A stretch of DNA of 64,000 nucleotides from Plasmodiophora brassicae (lineage: Eukaryota): assembly GCA_036867785.1 (NCBI GenBank), contig CP145414.1, positions 372,001-436,000 on the forward strand, read 5' to 3'. This document shows, in pieces, positions 1 to 10,196 of the stretch. A model generated the notes under the pieces. That model did no database searches. It had not been told where the DNA came from and worked only from the letters and a program-made list of their open reading frames with translations. Position 1 is the stretch's first letter. Each line of letters starts with the position of its first letter. A program made the position numbers and the translations under genes.

Positions 1-3000
1 CACGGCTACGACTCATCCTTCGACGACACGTCAACGAATTCCGCACACAGCTTGGTCAGGACGGTCCCGTCAACATCGAACCTATGATTACCAAGCTTCA
101 ACCAGACGCCACGCCGTACCGATGCAGACCACGCTCCTACAACCCGAAGCAAAAGGAGTTCCTCGACGAGATGATCAAGATGCTGTTGGAAAACAATCTG
201 GTCTACCTCAACATGAACTCCAGATGGGCGAGTCCCGTTCTTGTGGTCAAGAAACCGAACGGCAAGGGGTACCGTCTGTGCGTCGATCTGCGCCAGGTGA
301 ACTCGCGTACGGTACCAACTGCTTGGCCGATGCCCAACATCGAGGCGGCTAGTCGGAAGCTGGCTGGCATGACCTGCTTCTTCACGATCGATGCCCACAA
401 GGGGTTCTGGCTCATGCCAATTGCGAAGGAATGCCAGGAGATCTTCTCGTTTATGACCGACGACGGCGTCTACACACCTACCAGGAGCATTCAGGGCGCG
501 ACCAACTCTGCCTTGCAGTTCCAGGCGCGGATCGGGAAGATCTTCGACGACATGAAGGATCACCTCTTGATATGAATCGACGACCTGCTGGGATTCGCCA
601 AAACGGAAGACATTCTACTGCATCAGCTTGCACGTGTCTTGGAGCGAGCGCGCGAACGCAACTTGAAGTTCAACCCGGACAAATGCGTCCTATTCGCTCG
701 AGAGCTGAAGTGGTGTGGGCGCATCTACTCTCGTGATGGAATCCGACACGATCCTGAACGAATCGAAGCGCTGACCAACATGCCGCGTCCTAACACTTTC
801 AAAGAGCTACAGCAGTTCATCTGGGCGGCCAACTGGATGCGTACCAGTGTTCCCGGTTACGCGTACATCATCGCCCCGCTCCAGGAGCTCACGGACAAGG
901 CGAACGAGGAGATGAAGAGAATCCAGTCTTCGTCACCTTCGTCGATTCGGTTACATGATCTTGGATGGACAGACCGGCACAGCAAGGCCTTCGAGGACAT
1001 ACGCTTTGCGCTGATCCAGCACGTCCAGCTCGCGTACCCGAAGTCTGATCACCAGACATGCTTGTTCACGGACGCCAGTGACCTAGCATGGGCTGCGGTC
1101 ATTACCCAGATTCCGAGGGAGGATATCGACCTACCAGTTCATGAACAACGACACGAACCACTTGCTTTCTACGGCAAGCGGTTCTCTGGCGCTGAGTTGC
1201 GATGGTCAACACCGGAGAAGGAGGCAGCCGCCATCATCAAGGCGACTGAACGTGGTGACTTCCTTCTGCAGACGTCGCGTGAATTCCTCATGTTCTGCGA
1301 CCACCGGAACCTCACGTTCATCTTCGCGAAGGACGCTGAGATGAAGAAGCACACCGCTCAGAAAATCGAGCGCTGGGCGCTACATCTCCAAGGGTTTGAT
1401 TACCGTACCAAGGAGATCTCCGGCACTGCCAACGTCTGGGCCGACCTGTTATCTCGATGGGGCGCAGGACGAATCGCACTGGCGTGCCGGGCAACGCGCA
1501 TCTTGCAGATGGACGATCTTCGCGTAACGCCGATGACGCATCCCGATTTCCAATGGCCGACCGAGACCGAAATTCGCGAATCGCAAAGGCTATTGTCGCG
1601 TGAAGAGAAGATCGAGGACGGCGTGTTCTTCGATGATGACGCTCGTTTGTGGAAGTCGAAAACGAACGCCGTTCTGATCCCGAATCACAACGACTGCACC
1701 AGCTTGCGCCTACGCATCATGATCATTGGTCATTGTGCCAGTGCTGCTCATCGCGCGTACGACGTTACCAAGGAGGCAATCACAACGCGATTCGCTTGGC
1801 CGGGCATGGACAAGGACATTCAGCAGATGTGCCAGCAGTGTCTTCATTGCATCACGACGCGGGGAGGAGCGAAGGTTCCGCGTCCGCTTGGAGAAGCGTT
1901 GCATGGCCACATTCCATTCGAGGTCCTGCACATGGATTACTTGTACGTCGAACCAGTTCGAGGAACCGATCATTCTTACAAGTACATCCTCGTGATGAAG
2001 GACGACTTCAGTGGTCTCGTCCGATTGATTCCATGCGCCGATGCGACCAGCCGAGTTGCGGCAGAGGCACTATTCCAATGGATTGCCGACTTCAAAACAC
2101 CACAATATCTTGTCACCGATGGCGGATCTCACTTTACCGCCGAACTCATCAAGGAGCTGACCAGGCTGCGAGACGTCGAGCATCATATAACGTTGGCGTA
2201 CTGTCCATGGGCAAACGGGACTGTTGAACGCGCCAATCGCACTATCGTTGGCATCCTACGAAGCGTTCTGAGTGAGGGGCAGATCAGCACGCACAGCTGG
2301 CCCTACCTCTGCCCATTGGTGCAACACGCCATCAACCATTCGCCGAGCACACGCCTCGGAGGTTTCGCGCCGTTCACGGTCGTCACCAAGTTGAAACCCG
2401 AGCACCCTCTGGACAACATCTGGGATCCGGCATGCAATCAGCTGCGGCCGATCTCTCCGGGATGGGTGGCGACGTACCTGTCAGCACTGCAGACCGTTAT
2501 GGACGAACTCCATAAGGTCGTCGATGAAGCCAGGGAGGCGAGGCACGCGTCCAATGTACGGCAACGCTCGCGACACGTGAGGAAGGCCCAATGCGAGTCG
2601 TTCATCCCGGGCGACTACGTCTTGAACGCGAAGCCCGTCCCCGGACCCGCACAGAAGTTGATTGCGCAGTGGCGCGGCCCCTACCGAGTTGTTCAACGCG
2701 TCAATGACCAGGTCTACGAACTCGAAGACCTGTTGACTGCACGGCGCTTTCAAGCGCACACGCAACGCATCCGCCGCTATGCGGACGCCGATCTCAACAT
2801 CACCACCGAAATCAAGCAGCACCTTGAGCGGCTTGACCAGCAGTTCCACGTTGACGACCTTCTCGATTGTCGTCTCGATCGCGAAACTCAGGAGTTGCAG
2901 ATCAAAGTCGCTTGGTCCGGCTTCGACCCATCTGAGGCTACTTGGGAGCCTGCAGCACTTATCGCCGAAGATGTACCACAGCTTGTGGAACAACTTATTC

Positions 3001-3113
3001 GGAAATTGGGCGATACTCATGCACACGTCGCTGCAATGAGGCAATTGATTCCGGCGCCGAAACGCTCTCGCACTCGGAATGCAACATCGCATCGAAAGAA
3101 GCGACGATCTTAA
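1..3113 (+). mobile_element. Ty3/gypsy (chromovirus-type) LTR retrotransposon pol: RT-RNaseH-integrase-chromodomain, 5'-truncated by the window edge, with an in-frame stop at 573-575
   Basis: ORFs 84-575 and 639-3113 are in the same frame. RT motifs WASPVLVVKK, YRLCVDLRQVN, FFTIDAHKGFW, QGATNSA and (*)IDDLLG. RNase H motifs LFTDASD, EKEAAAI, FCDHRNL, NVWADLLSR. Integrase HHCC (GHCASAAH...CQQCLHC), DDE (LHMDY, VTDGGSHF, GTVERAN) and GPY/F (WRGPYRV). C-terminal chromodomain FHVDDLLDCR...IKVAWSGFDPSEATWEP. Domain order RT-RH-INT is gypsy. Confidence 0.97.
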
Positions 3114-3233
3114 CCTGTACCATCACTCTGAATTAATCTCGATACCGTATCTGTTCGCGGGTGGACGATACGATGATGATCATGATCATGGATTGGTCTG
3201 TCATGACAATCCAACCTGGTTGACGGCAACGTA

Positions 3234-3395
3234 ACCATGGTTCGACCTGGCTGGTTGCCTTGGGCACCACGGTCGGTTTGACTTGGCTGGTTGCTCGGTG
3301 CACCACGGTCAAAGTTCGGTTCGACTTGGCTGGTTGCCCACGGGACCACGGTCGATTTGACCTGGCTGGTTGCCATGTGCACCACGGTCAATGTT
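3234..3395. repeat. Imperfect ~36-bp tandem repeat (4 full units plus a partial) in the retrotransposon 3' non-coding region
   Basis: The core GACYTGGCTGGTTGC occurs four times, each followed by ACCACGGTC. One unit is 43 bp. Confidence 0.9.
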
Positions 3396-3864
3396 GTTCG
3401 ATGGACTACGTGCTGTCCATCTCGCGAGGCATTCGGCAGCATCTATTAAGTTCCTCTTCACCGCAGGATTGACTCTGTCAGGGAGTACTGATGTCGAGGC
3501 TCCTGTTGCGCTGGGGGTCCACCCATGGGGGTCGGCCGCTGAGCTAGGTGAATGACACTTTCTAGATGTATATGGACCGGGCTCCACCCATGGGGGTCGA
3601 GCGCACCATTGCTGATGTCGTCGTTTGCTACTTTGCATTCTATCAAGGTACCCGAGGTTCTTTGATACGCTAAATCGTGTATGCATAGGTGGAAGACGGT
3701 CTCGAAGAGGGTGTCCGTAAATGGATTTTCCACCGATTTGTCCCATGGGGTTACAAGGTGGTTTTTAGTGAGTAGTGGGTGTTCTGCACTCGAGTCTCAC
3801 ACTACCCTACGTCTTCGTCCGTCATTCTCCTCTCGACTGCTCCTCTGACTCCGGTTCTGAGTTC

Positions 3865-3882
3865 GGGAAAAGGCAGTGTAGT
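3865..3882 (+). other. Candidate polypurine tract and 3' LTR start (GGGAAAAGGCAG|TGTAGT)
   Basis: Purine run directly followed by TGT, downstream of pol. An alternative is GAAGAGGG|TGT at 3704-3714. The 5' LTR is outside the window, so this is unconfirmed. Confidence 0.45.
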
Positions 3883-3957
3883 CCGGGGTCCTATATTTAG
3901 CTCCTCATCACCTACGTCAGCATCAGCATCCTCCAGATATTCACATGCGCCAGAGAT

Positions 3958-4836
3958 TCATGTGTCGAGATATGCGGGGATCGAGAGCACGCGATCACGT
4001 GCGCCGCTGGTGGGAGAGCGGGGTACGGGATCGATGGTGGATAAATGGCATTCGTCTATTGTGTCACCCGAGGCTTGACGGAAGACACTATAGCCCTGAC
4101 GAATCGTTGCAGCACAAGTCTGTAGTAGTAAGGGCAGACCGGTGGCGGGATCGGCTGGGACCTTATTCCAAAGATCGACTCCCTGCCTTACCCAAATCGA
4201 CACAACATCACGTGCAATCGCCTCTGGATCAGTCTTTGCGTTCGAGAGTCCCAGTTTGCCCCACAATCCTCGTGGCTTCCTCGTTTGCACACCTGAGAAT
4301 GATACTCCCAGCTTCACCACGAGCGATGCTGCAACCTCAACATTGGGCGTGAGGGGCTTCCTTTCAGGCAAATCAATGCGGAGCGATTGAGACTGATCGT
4401 TGAGATGTCGGAGATGGGCGGAAACCTTCTCATCCTTATCGATCGGGGAGCCAGAGAGGGAGACAGCAACATCGAGACCATCTACACCAGAGTCTCTCTT
4501 GCTGTTATCGCGTTTTACCAAGTGGCCGACGTCACTAGAACGCTCGTCGCCACGAGAGCGTCCGTCGTCGCCATCGACCGCTTGTTGGGCGCCCTCAATG
4601 ATCTGGGGCATAAGCGCAAGAGGATCTGCGTACGTTATGCGGTGGCGTCTTCCGTTACTCCACACGACATTGGATCGGCTCAGACGCTTGTCTTTCGGCG
4701 GCGGAACGTCCAATGACTGTGATGGCGTTGATAACAGCCGCTCATCGGGCTCGACCCCTGTAGACGAACCGGGATGCGCTTGGGCGGCGGCCAGGAAGGC
4801 AACTGCGATGACGAATGCAACGCTGGACACGGCCAT
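3958..4836 (-). CDS. Intronless secreted protein of unknown function (292 aa), candidate effector
   Basis: N-terminus MAVSSVAFVIAVAFLAAAQA-H is a typical signal peptide with an AxA cleavage site. No recognised domain. Several KR dibasic sites. Confidence 0.7.
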   Translation of the reverse strand: MAVSSVAFVIAVAFLAAAQAHPGSSTGVEPDERLLSTPSQSLDVPPPKDKRLSRSNVVWSNGRRHRITYADPLALMPQIIEGAQQAVDGDDGRSRGDERSSDVGHLVKRDNSKRDSGVDGLDVAVSLSGSPIDKDEKVSAHLRHLNDQSQSLRIDLPERKPLTPNVEVAASLVVKLGVSFSGVQTRKPRGLWGKLGLSNAKTDPEAIARDVVSIWVRQGVDLWNKVPADPATGLPLLLQTCAATIRQGYSVFRQASGDTIDECHLSTIDPVPRSPTSGARDRVLSIPAYLDT

Positions 4837-5235
4837 GATGCCTTGACAGATTACAATAATAAGGTATGGGGTTCTGCCGAAGCGGAACGTCCGGAACAGA
4901 GGTCCGGGACTTGACCGGGACGACAGCTTCGACTAATCGCTGAATTAGTCCAAAGACGGATATAGGTTTAACAAGACGAAGCCTTGCCTGAAACCACTTG
5001 AAATGAGCAGCTGTCAGCCGCTTTTCAATAGTAACGCGCTACTACAAGAATCTTCGCAAACAAGTTCAAGTGTGGCAGCTTGGCCATCAATGCAACCGAT
5101 CTATTGGCCTTTCCGAGATTCATCATAGCAGACAGCGACGCGTTTCCTGACGGGCCCACTACGCTTCTTGTTTTATCGAAACGCCCTGCACGTCGCCCAG
5201 GATGTTGGAGTTCGCCTGAAGCAAAATAAAGACGA

Positions 5236-5309
5236 CGTCCGAGCCCGGGCTCGAACCGGGAACCTCACGATTAACAGTCGTACGCGCTGACCAGTTGCGC
5301 CACTCAGAC
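5236..5309 (-). tRNA. tRNA-Asn(GTT) copy 1
   Basis: Reverse complement GTCTGAGTGGCGCAACTGGTCAGCGCGTACGACTGTTAATCGTGAGGTTCCCGGTTCGAGCCCGGGCTCGGACG folds as a cloverleaf, with anticodon loop CT-GTT-AA, a GGTTCGA T-loop and an oligo-T Pol III terminator downstream. Confidence 0.97.
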
Positions 5310-5419
5310 CTGTTTGCGGTGCAAGTCGGGCAGCTCAATACATGTCATTTACGTTGGATATCCAGGCCCAGGTCGGGAACCGAACGCGGTGAGGAGTTGT
5401 GCCACACTGGCAGGCGGCA

Positions 5420-5570
5420 GCAGTTGTTTCCACTTCCTGGACCCATACGGCACGTTCAAACATGGACGAACAGCGATATATGCGCGGACGCAGGGACAGA
5501 GAAGTTATTTCGCCTTCCTCGTCCCATACAACACCTCCAAACATGGACGAATAGCCGCATATCAAGGCGG
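5420..5570. repeat. Two-copy imperfect direct repeat, 81-bp period, between tRNA copies 1 and 2
   Basis: CCATAC at 5443 and 5524. AAACATGGACGAA at 5458 and 5539. Confidence 0.8.
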
Positions 5571-5666
5571 GAAAGCAGGGCTTACCGATCGAACTGCAGG
5601 ACCTATGCAGTAACGTCAAGCCCTCCAAAAGGACAAAATTCTTCAAGAGGGCAAAGCAAAAGTCAA

Positions 5667-5740
5667 CGTCCGAGCCCGGGCTCGAACCGGGAACCTCACG
5701 ATTAACAGTCGTACGCGCTGACCAGTTGCGCCACTCAGAC
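5667..5740 (-). tRNA. tRNA-Asn(GTT) copy 2
   Basis: Identical 74-nt sequence, with TTTT downstream on the minus strand. Confidence 0.97.
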
Positions 5741-5816
5741 CTGCGTGTGCTGCCTGCTGAACTGCATCGCGTAGAAGTCACGAGACAAGACGCAATGTCG
5801 CTCGGCGAAAAAGTTC

Positions 5817-5890
5817 CGTCCGAGCCCGGGCTCGAACCGGGAACCTCACGATTAACAGTCGTACGCGCTGACCAGTTGCGCCACTCAGAC
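5817..5890 (-). tRNA. tRNA-Asn(GTT) copy 3
   Basis: Identical 74-nt sequence, with TTTTT downstream on the minus strand. Confidence 0.97.
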
Positions 5891-6095
5891 ACCTCTGTCC
5901 GGCTGTTCCCTCTACGGGCCTTCACACTGAAAACGGATTTCTGATGTCGTTAAGGTATGCACTGCTGTAAATACACGACGAGCGTGCAATGTTGCGAGGG
6001 CACATGTATCGCTTTATATTTGGAACTTTCGGATGTTGTGCCCAGAGCACTTACCATTCGGCGAACATCACGAGGGAGTGCAAAAACGTGCGCGT

Positions 6096-9000
6096 ATGGC
6101 GGTCGGCCGCGATGCGTCGCTCAGCTCTGACGAGAGCGATGACGATCTCGGCCTGAGCGGGAATGTTACCCGTTCGGCGAAGAGCGTCCGCGTTCGGCAT
6201 GGCTCGGGCCAGTTTTCAACTCAGGCTGAGTTATTCGAGGCGTGGCGGAAAGACGGTCTCGTGATTCGTCACGTTCTGGGTGCCAGCCGTCCTTGACTGG
6301 TGCGCAGAACTCTTCCAGACGTTCCTGTCGGAGGACTTTGATATCGACACGTTCATGTCTGTGATTAACCTGCATAATGTATCGCGGCTGGCGGATCGCC
6401 TGAACGCCGCCGTCCGAACCATTGACGCGCACATTCACGCCGAAGTACGCCAGCGGTTTGCCCTTGATTATTGCTTCTGCTGATGTAGAGATGTGGTTCA
6501 GGTTGCTGCAAATCACGAGGATCTACTTCGTCAGTCGGTTCAGGTGACGCGGCGCTCACGGCTCCGTTCAAAGTACATCGGATGACATGTGCAACCAGAT
6601 TGACGCTGTCGAGACCGACGCGAAGGACCTGCTGAACGAGAGTTCCGCACTACAGTCGGAGTTTCAGGCGATCCATGCATCGATCATGCAGCCGTTCGAG
6701 AAAATCAAACGTCTGGTCAACAAGCTGAACGCAACGCAGGTGATGTGGCTGTCGGGTTCAGATACCGCATCGTATTGCTGACTGAATTGGCAGGAGAATG
6801 CCGAAGTTCTGAGATGCGTTCTTCGTTTCGTCCAGCTCGTAAGTAAGGCAAAGTCGGCGCTTCACAGCAATGTCAGTATTCCATTTAGATAGTCGATTAT
6901 AAGTCGCGGGATAACAGTGTTGCTGCAGGAGCCTGGATCACTTGCGGAAGCATCGAGGAATGCGCTGATTTTATCTGAAATCATCGAGCTTGCCAATGCG
7001 TCAGATCTCCATACGATCGACTGTTTGAGTGCCGACTACCTCTGGGTACAGCAGCAAACGGATGCCATACGAGCCCAGACCGAATCGGCGCTGAAGGCTG
7101 CACTGCTGTGTGGAAATCAAGTCGACATCGGCGCTGCGCTGCAGTGTGCGTTCAACCTGAACCAGCTCGCCGTTATCGTGTCCAACGTTGTCGACGGGAC
7201 GCGCTCCGATTTCGAAAACCTGGTCAAGACGATGCTGGACGTGTCTACGTTACTTAGCCCTACGACATCGAAGGCGGTCTGCTTCATCCAGGGTCTCTAT
7301 TACGCGTCACAACGCTGACTATGGTCTGCTTCTAGGATTCGGAGCAGACTGGTGCCCGTCTTCGGTCTCTGGTTTGGCAGCATCTCGAAAGCGTACTAAC
7401 GATCTCCGAGGTCATGACACGGCCGTAATCTAAGTGATACCCTGTAGGTTTTCGATGGCCTGCTTGAAGCCGTGACGAACATCAGCACGCTGCAAACTGT
7501 CCTGGGCAAGAAGACGGACAGTCAGACACGACAAACACTACAACAGATTGTTATGAACAATCGACATAGCGACGGTCCGTTGGCCAGTGCCTCGCGCTAG
7601 CTATGCGGCTTTGCTAATTGTGTAGCAGTGAGCCCTAAGTCAAGACGGACGCTGCTGCTCGAGTTCTTCCAAGGTGTGGTCGACGTCCTCGAGGGCGAAT
7701 TGCAGGCATTCTGCAGTAAGCTATTGCCGGCGCTCTCTGGACTCAAGTTCCTAATCGCTATCAGACCGATCAACGCTGCTGTCTGGAGTCGTCGAGTCGG
7801 AGTTTCCTCGACTATTCGATCTGAGTGAGTCCGCCTGGGAGCGTGGCCTGGCGAGGATTCTTCCTGCATCGTGCCGCGCGGATCTGTTTAGAGCCATTGC
7901 ACGCTACCAGTCGACGTTTGTTTCCAAGTTAGTCGCGAAAATGCAGGTGTGGTACTCGTGGTGTGGACGATTATCTAGTGCTTACCTATGTATCAAGTCG
8001 CCACTATCAATCATGTTCCCGAGCAGTGTTACGTCGTCATCGCCTGTGCCGACCTCAGCCGACATTGCCACAATGTTCTCTGCCATCGTTGACTCCATGG
8101 CAGCCGTCGAAGGCCGCCAAGATCTTCACCGTCCGATACTGAAAGGCGCTGCCGGCACGATATTCCTCTGTGCTTCTAAGTGCGAAGGTAACTGGTGTAC
8201 CAGAATGGTTTCTGAGTACAATTGACCGGTACCTGTATGCAGAATTGCTCGGGCACGAAGTTGACAATTCACCCATGCTGTGGACGGCTCCTACTTATGA
8301 CCGCCTTGCCTCAATATTCACCATCTTGGGTAAACCGCATCTGTAACGCCCCCTAATTTATTGTAGTCTCTAACGACGAGACAGGCTCATTGGATCATAA
8401 CTTGATGGCGGTCATTGCTGGTATACATCCTCGTTGTCGCTCTGTACAGAGAGAGCTTGCGAGTACGTTTTCGTCATCGTTATATGGGTTTGCCTGACAT
8501 CCCACGAGGTACGCTTCTCGGGCCACCTCGGCGAAGTCTTCGCTCCATCGGGCAACGGATTGTGCAACCCTTGTTCAACATGACATTATCATCGCTTGAA
8601 TCTGCAATCGCTCCCGATTCAGCCCAGATTGTGGATGCCGTGAAGGCGGAACTTGAACGCTTACGAACCGCACTGCTCAAGATTGCTTCTAAACCGTTTC
8701 ATCTGAAGGGCTACTTGAAACCTTTCACTGGGAATGTAACCGCGATGTATTGGAGTCTGCTTCTGGAGTTTCTGATTGCCAAAACTCACTAGATCGAAAC
8801 GTTTCTAATGCTTCGGTTCGCTGCATCAATGTCGACAGTCATGCATGCGACGAAGGATACATTGTTCGCCCGAGTGCTAGCTGAGCTACCCCAGCTTGAA
8901 GCTGCCATAACACAATTTTTGACATGTGCCGACTCGAAGCGCGGCACCTCAGATCCAAGCGTATGGGGTCCGCTGTGGTTCGAACCCGTCGGTAAAGAAA

Positions 9001-9388
9001 CTGACTTTATCTAGAAACGTGCTCCTGTGAAGCTTGCGCAATTCCGCTCCATGATTGCCAACCAAGCCAGCGTCTCGTGGATGCCTCCAACGAACGATCA
9101 GCGGATGGCGATCCCGAAATTCGCACTCGCGAGCATTGCATTGGCTGGCAATACTGGTTGGTAATTGTACAGGGATGACGTAGGCGCGAGCTGTCTCATT
9201 CTGACTCAGGAACAAATACCATCTGCGATTTAATCTGCTGGTCGTCATCAGAGCTATTCCGTTGGTTGCTGTCCCACGACGAATCCGAACACGTTCGCCT
9301 TCTTCGTGAATACGTGCTGGATCAGATAACCGCTTCCGATTCGCAGGTGTTCGATTTCGTGTCACAACTTGTATCCGATGAATCATAA
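6096..9388 (+). CDS. COG5: Conserved oligomeric Golgi complex subunit 5 (multi-exon)
   Basis: Spliced exons give FLSEDFDIDTF...LNAAVRTIDAHI, IMQPFEKIKR...LRCVLRFVQL, GNQVDIGAALQCAFNL, ELPQLEAAI and the C-terminal WSSSELFRWLLSHDESEHVRLL...VFDFVSQLVSDES*. These match COG5 blocks. Confidence 0.85.
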
Positions 9389-9614
9389 AATAGTCATGTT
9401 TGAGGTAATGCAGCAACGGTGTACTGGTGAGGATCGAGAATGATCGTCCCCTTCGTCCGGGAGGAGGTTTCAGTTCCAGAGCCTCTACTTAGCTATGGCA
9501 AGCCTGTCACCAGGCTCCCCTCTTGACGTCACTTTATAGTGCAACTTGAACGTGTAACAGAGGCCCAGTCTGTCGTCAAGGTAGAACAAAAAGTGTCCAA
9601 GACGCATCAGCGGG

Positions 9615-9890
9615 ATGTCTAAAATACGTATCAACACTCCGAAGTGTGCGCGCCAAATGGCGCCCCCGGCGGCGACTATCGCAGCCGGCAAGACGGACGT
9701 CTCTGATAACCAGGAGTGGGCAACAACAGATGAGGAAGACGCGCCGAAGACCCGGGAACGAGACAGACATTCCCGCGCTAGGAGAATTCGGCGGATAAGA
9801 ATGCGCGACCGTGTTGATGCTCAGATCCAGCCGAGGCGTCTCGATTTCTCTTCGCCCGCAGACACACCTGACCGCCCCAGACCAAGATAA
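9615..9890 (+). CDS. Small hypothetical basic protein (91 aa) with an RRLDF motif and several S/T-P sites
   Basis: ATG-started ORF filling the gap between COG5 and GPC1. No recognised family. Confidence 0.3.
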   Translation: MSKIRINTPKCARQMAPPAATIAAGKTDVSDNQEWATTDEEDAPKTRERDRHSRARRIRRIRMRDRVDAQIQPRRLDFSSPADTPDRPRPR

Positions 9891-10196
9891 CCAGGGATTT
9901 GTCTCCGTTTAGCGACATGTTGATCCTGGACACGTCATTAATCCGATACGTTGAGTATATTCTTGCCAGTCGATTTCACGTCACTTCGATGAGCGATGTA
10001 CATCGCAATACGCGAAACGCGAACCCTACACGGATGCCATAATGTGGGTATGAGCAGTGCAATAGCAGTACGATGGCCTCAGAACTGCTTACGGCAACAG
10101 ATTGATAATAGCCATCTTATTATAACGCAGGACAGGTAAACGGAGTCGTACTTGCGATGGAAGCCAGTGAGGAAATGAAGCGTGGGCTGGGAAACG

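Noticed and set aside
573..575. TGA as Trp (alternative genetic code) or selenocysteine
   Set aside because: TGA terminates ordinary genes here (AlaRS2, CDC123, POLD2, TRM5) and conserved Trp residues use TGG.
3234..3395. CRISPR-like array
   Set aside because: The units are head-to-tail with no unique spacers, there are no cas genes, and the context is a eukaryotic retroelement.
3488..3620. Hammerhead ribozyme (retrozyme) suggested by CTGATG motifs
   Set aside because: The core needs CTGANGA plus a paired GAAA. The sequence reads CTGATGTC and no supporting stems were found.
4650..4760. RxLR-dEER translocation motif in the secreted 292-aa protein
   Set aside because: DERLL and KRLSR are present but not in RxLR-then-EER order, and there is no true RxLR.
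5236..5890. Identical 74-bp repeats with unique spacers as a CRISPR or SINE array
   Set aside because: Each repeat is exactly a full tRNA-Asn cloverleaf with its own terminator. There are no tails or TSDs.
9615..9890. Endogenous geminivirus/CRESS capsid fragment (MSK...TP...RRLDFSSP resemblance)
   Set aside because: Only a short linear motif matches, the spacing is wrong, and no capsid body or Rep motifs are nearby.
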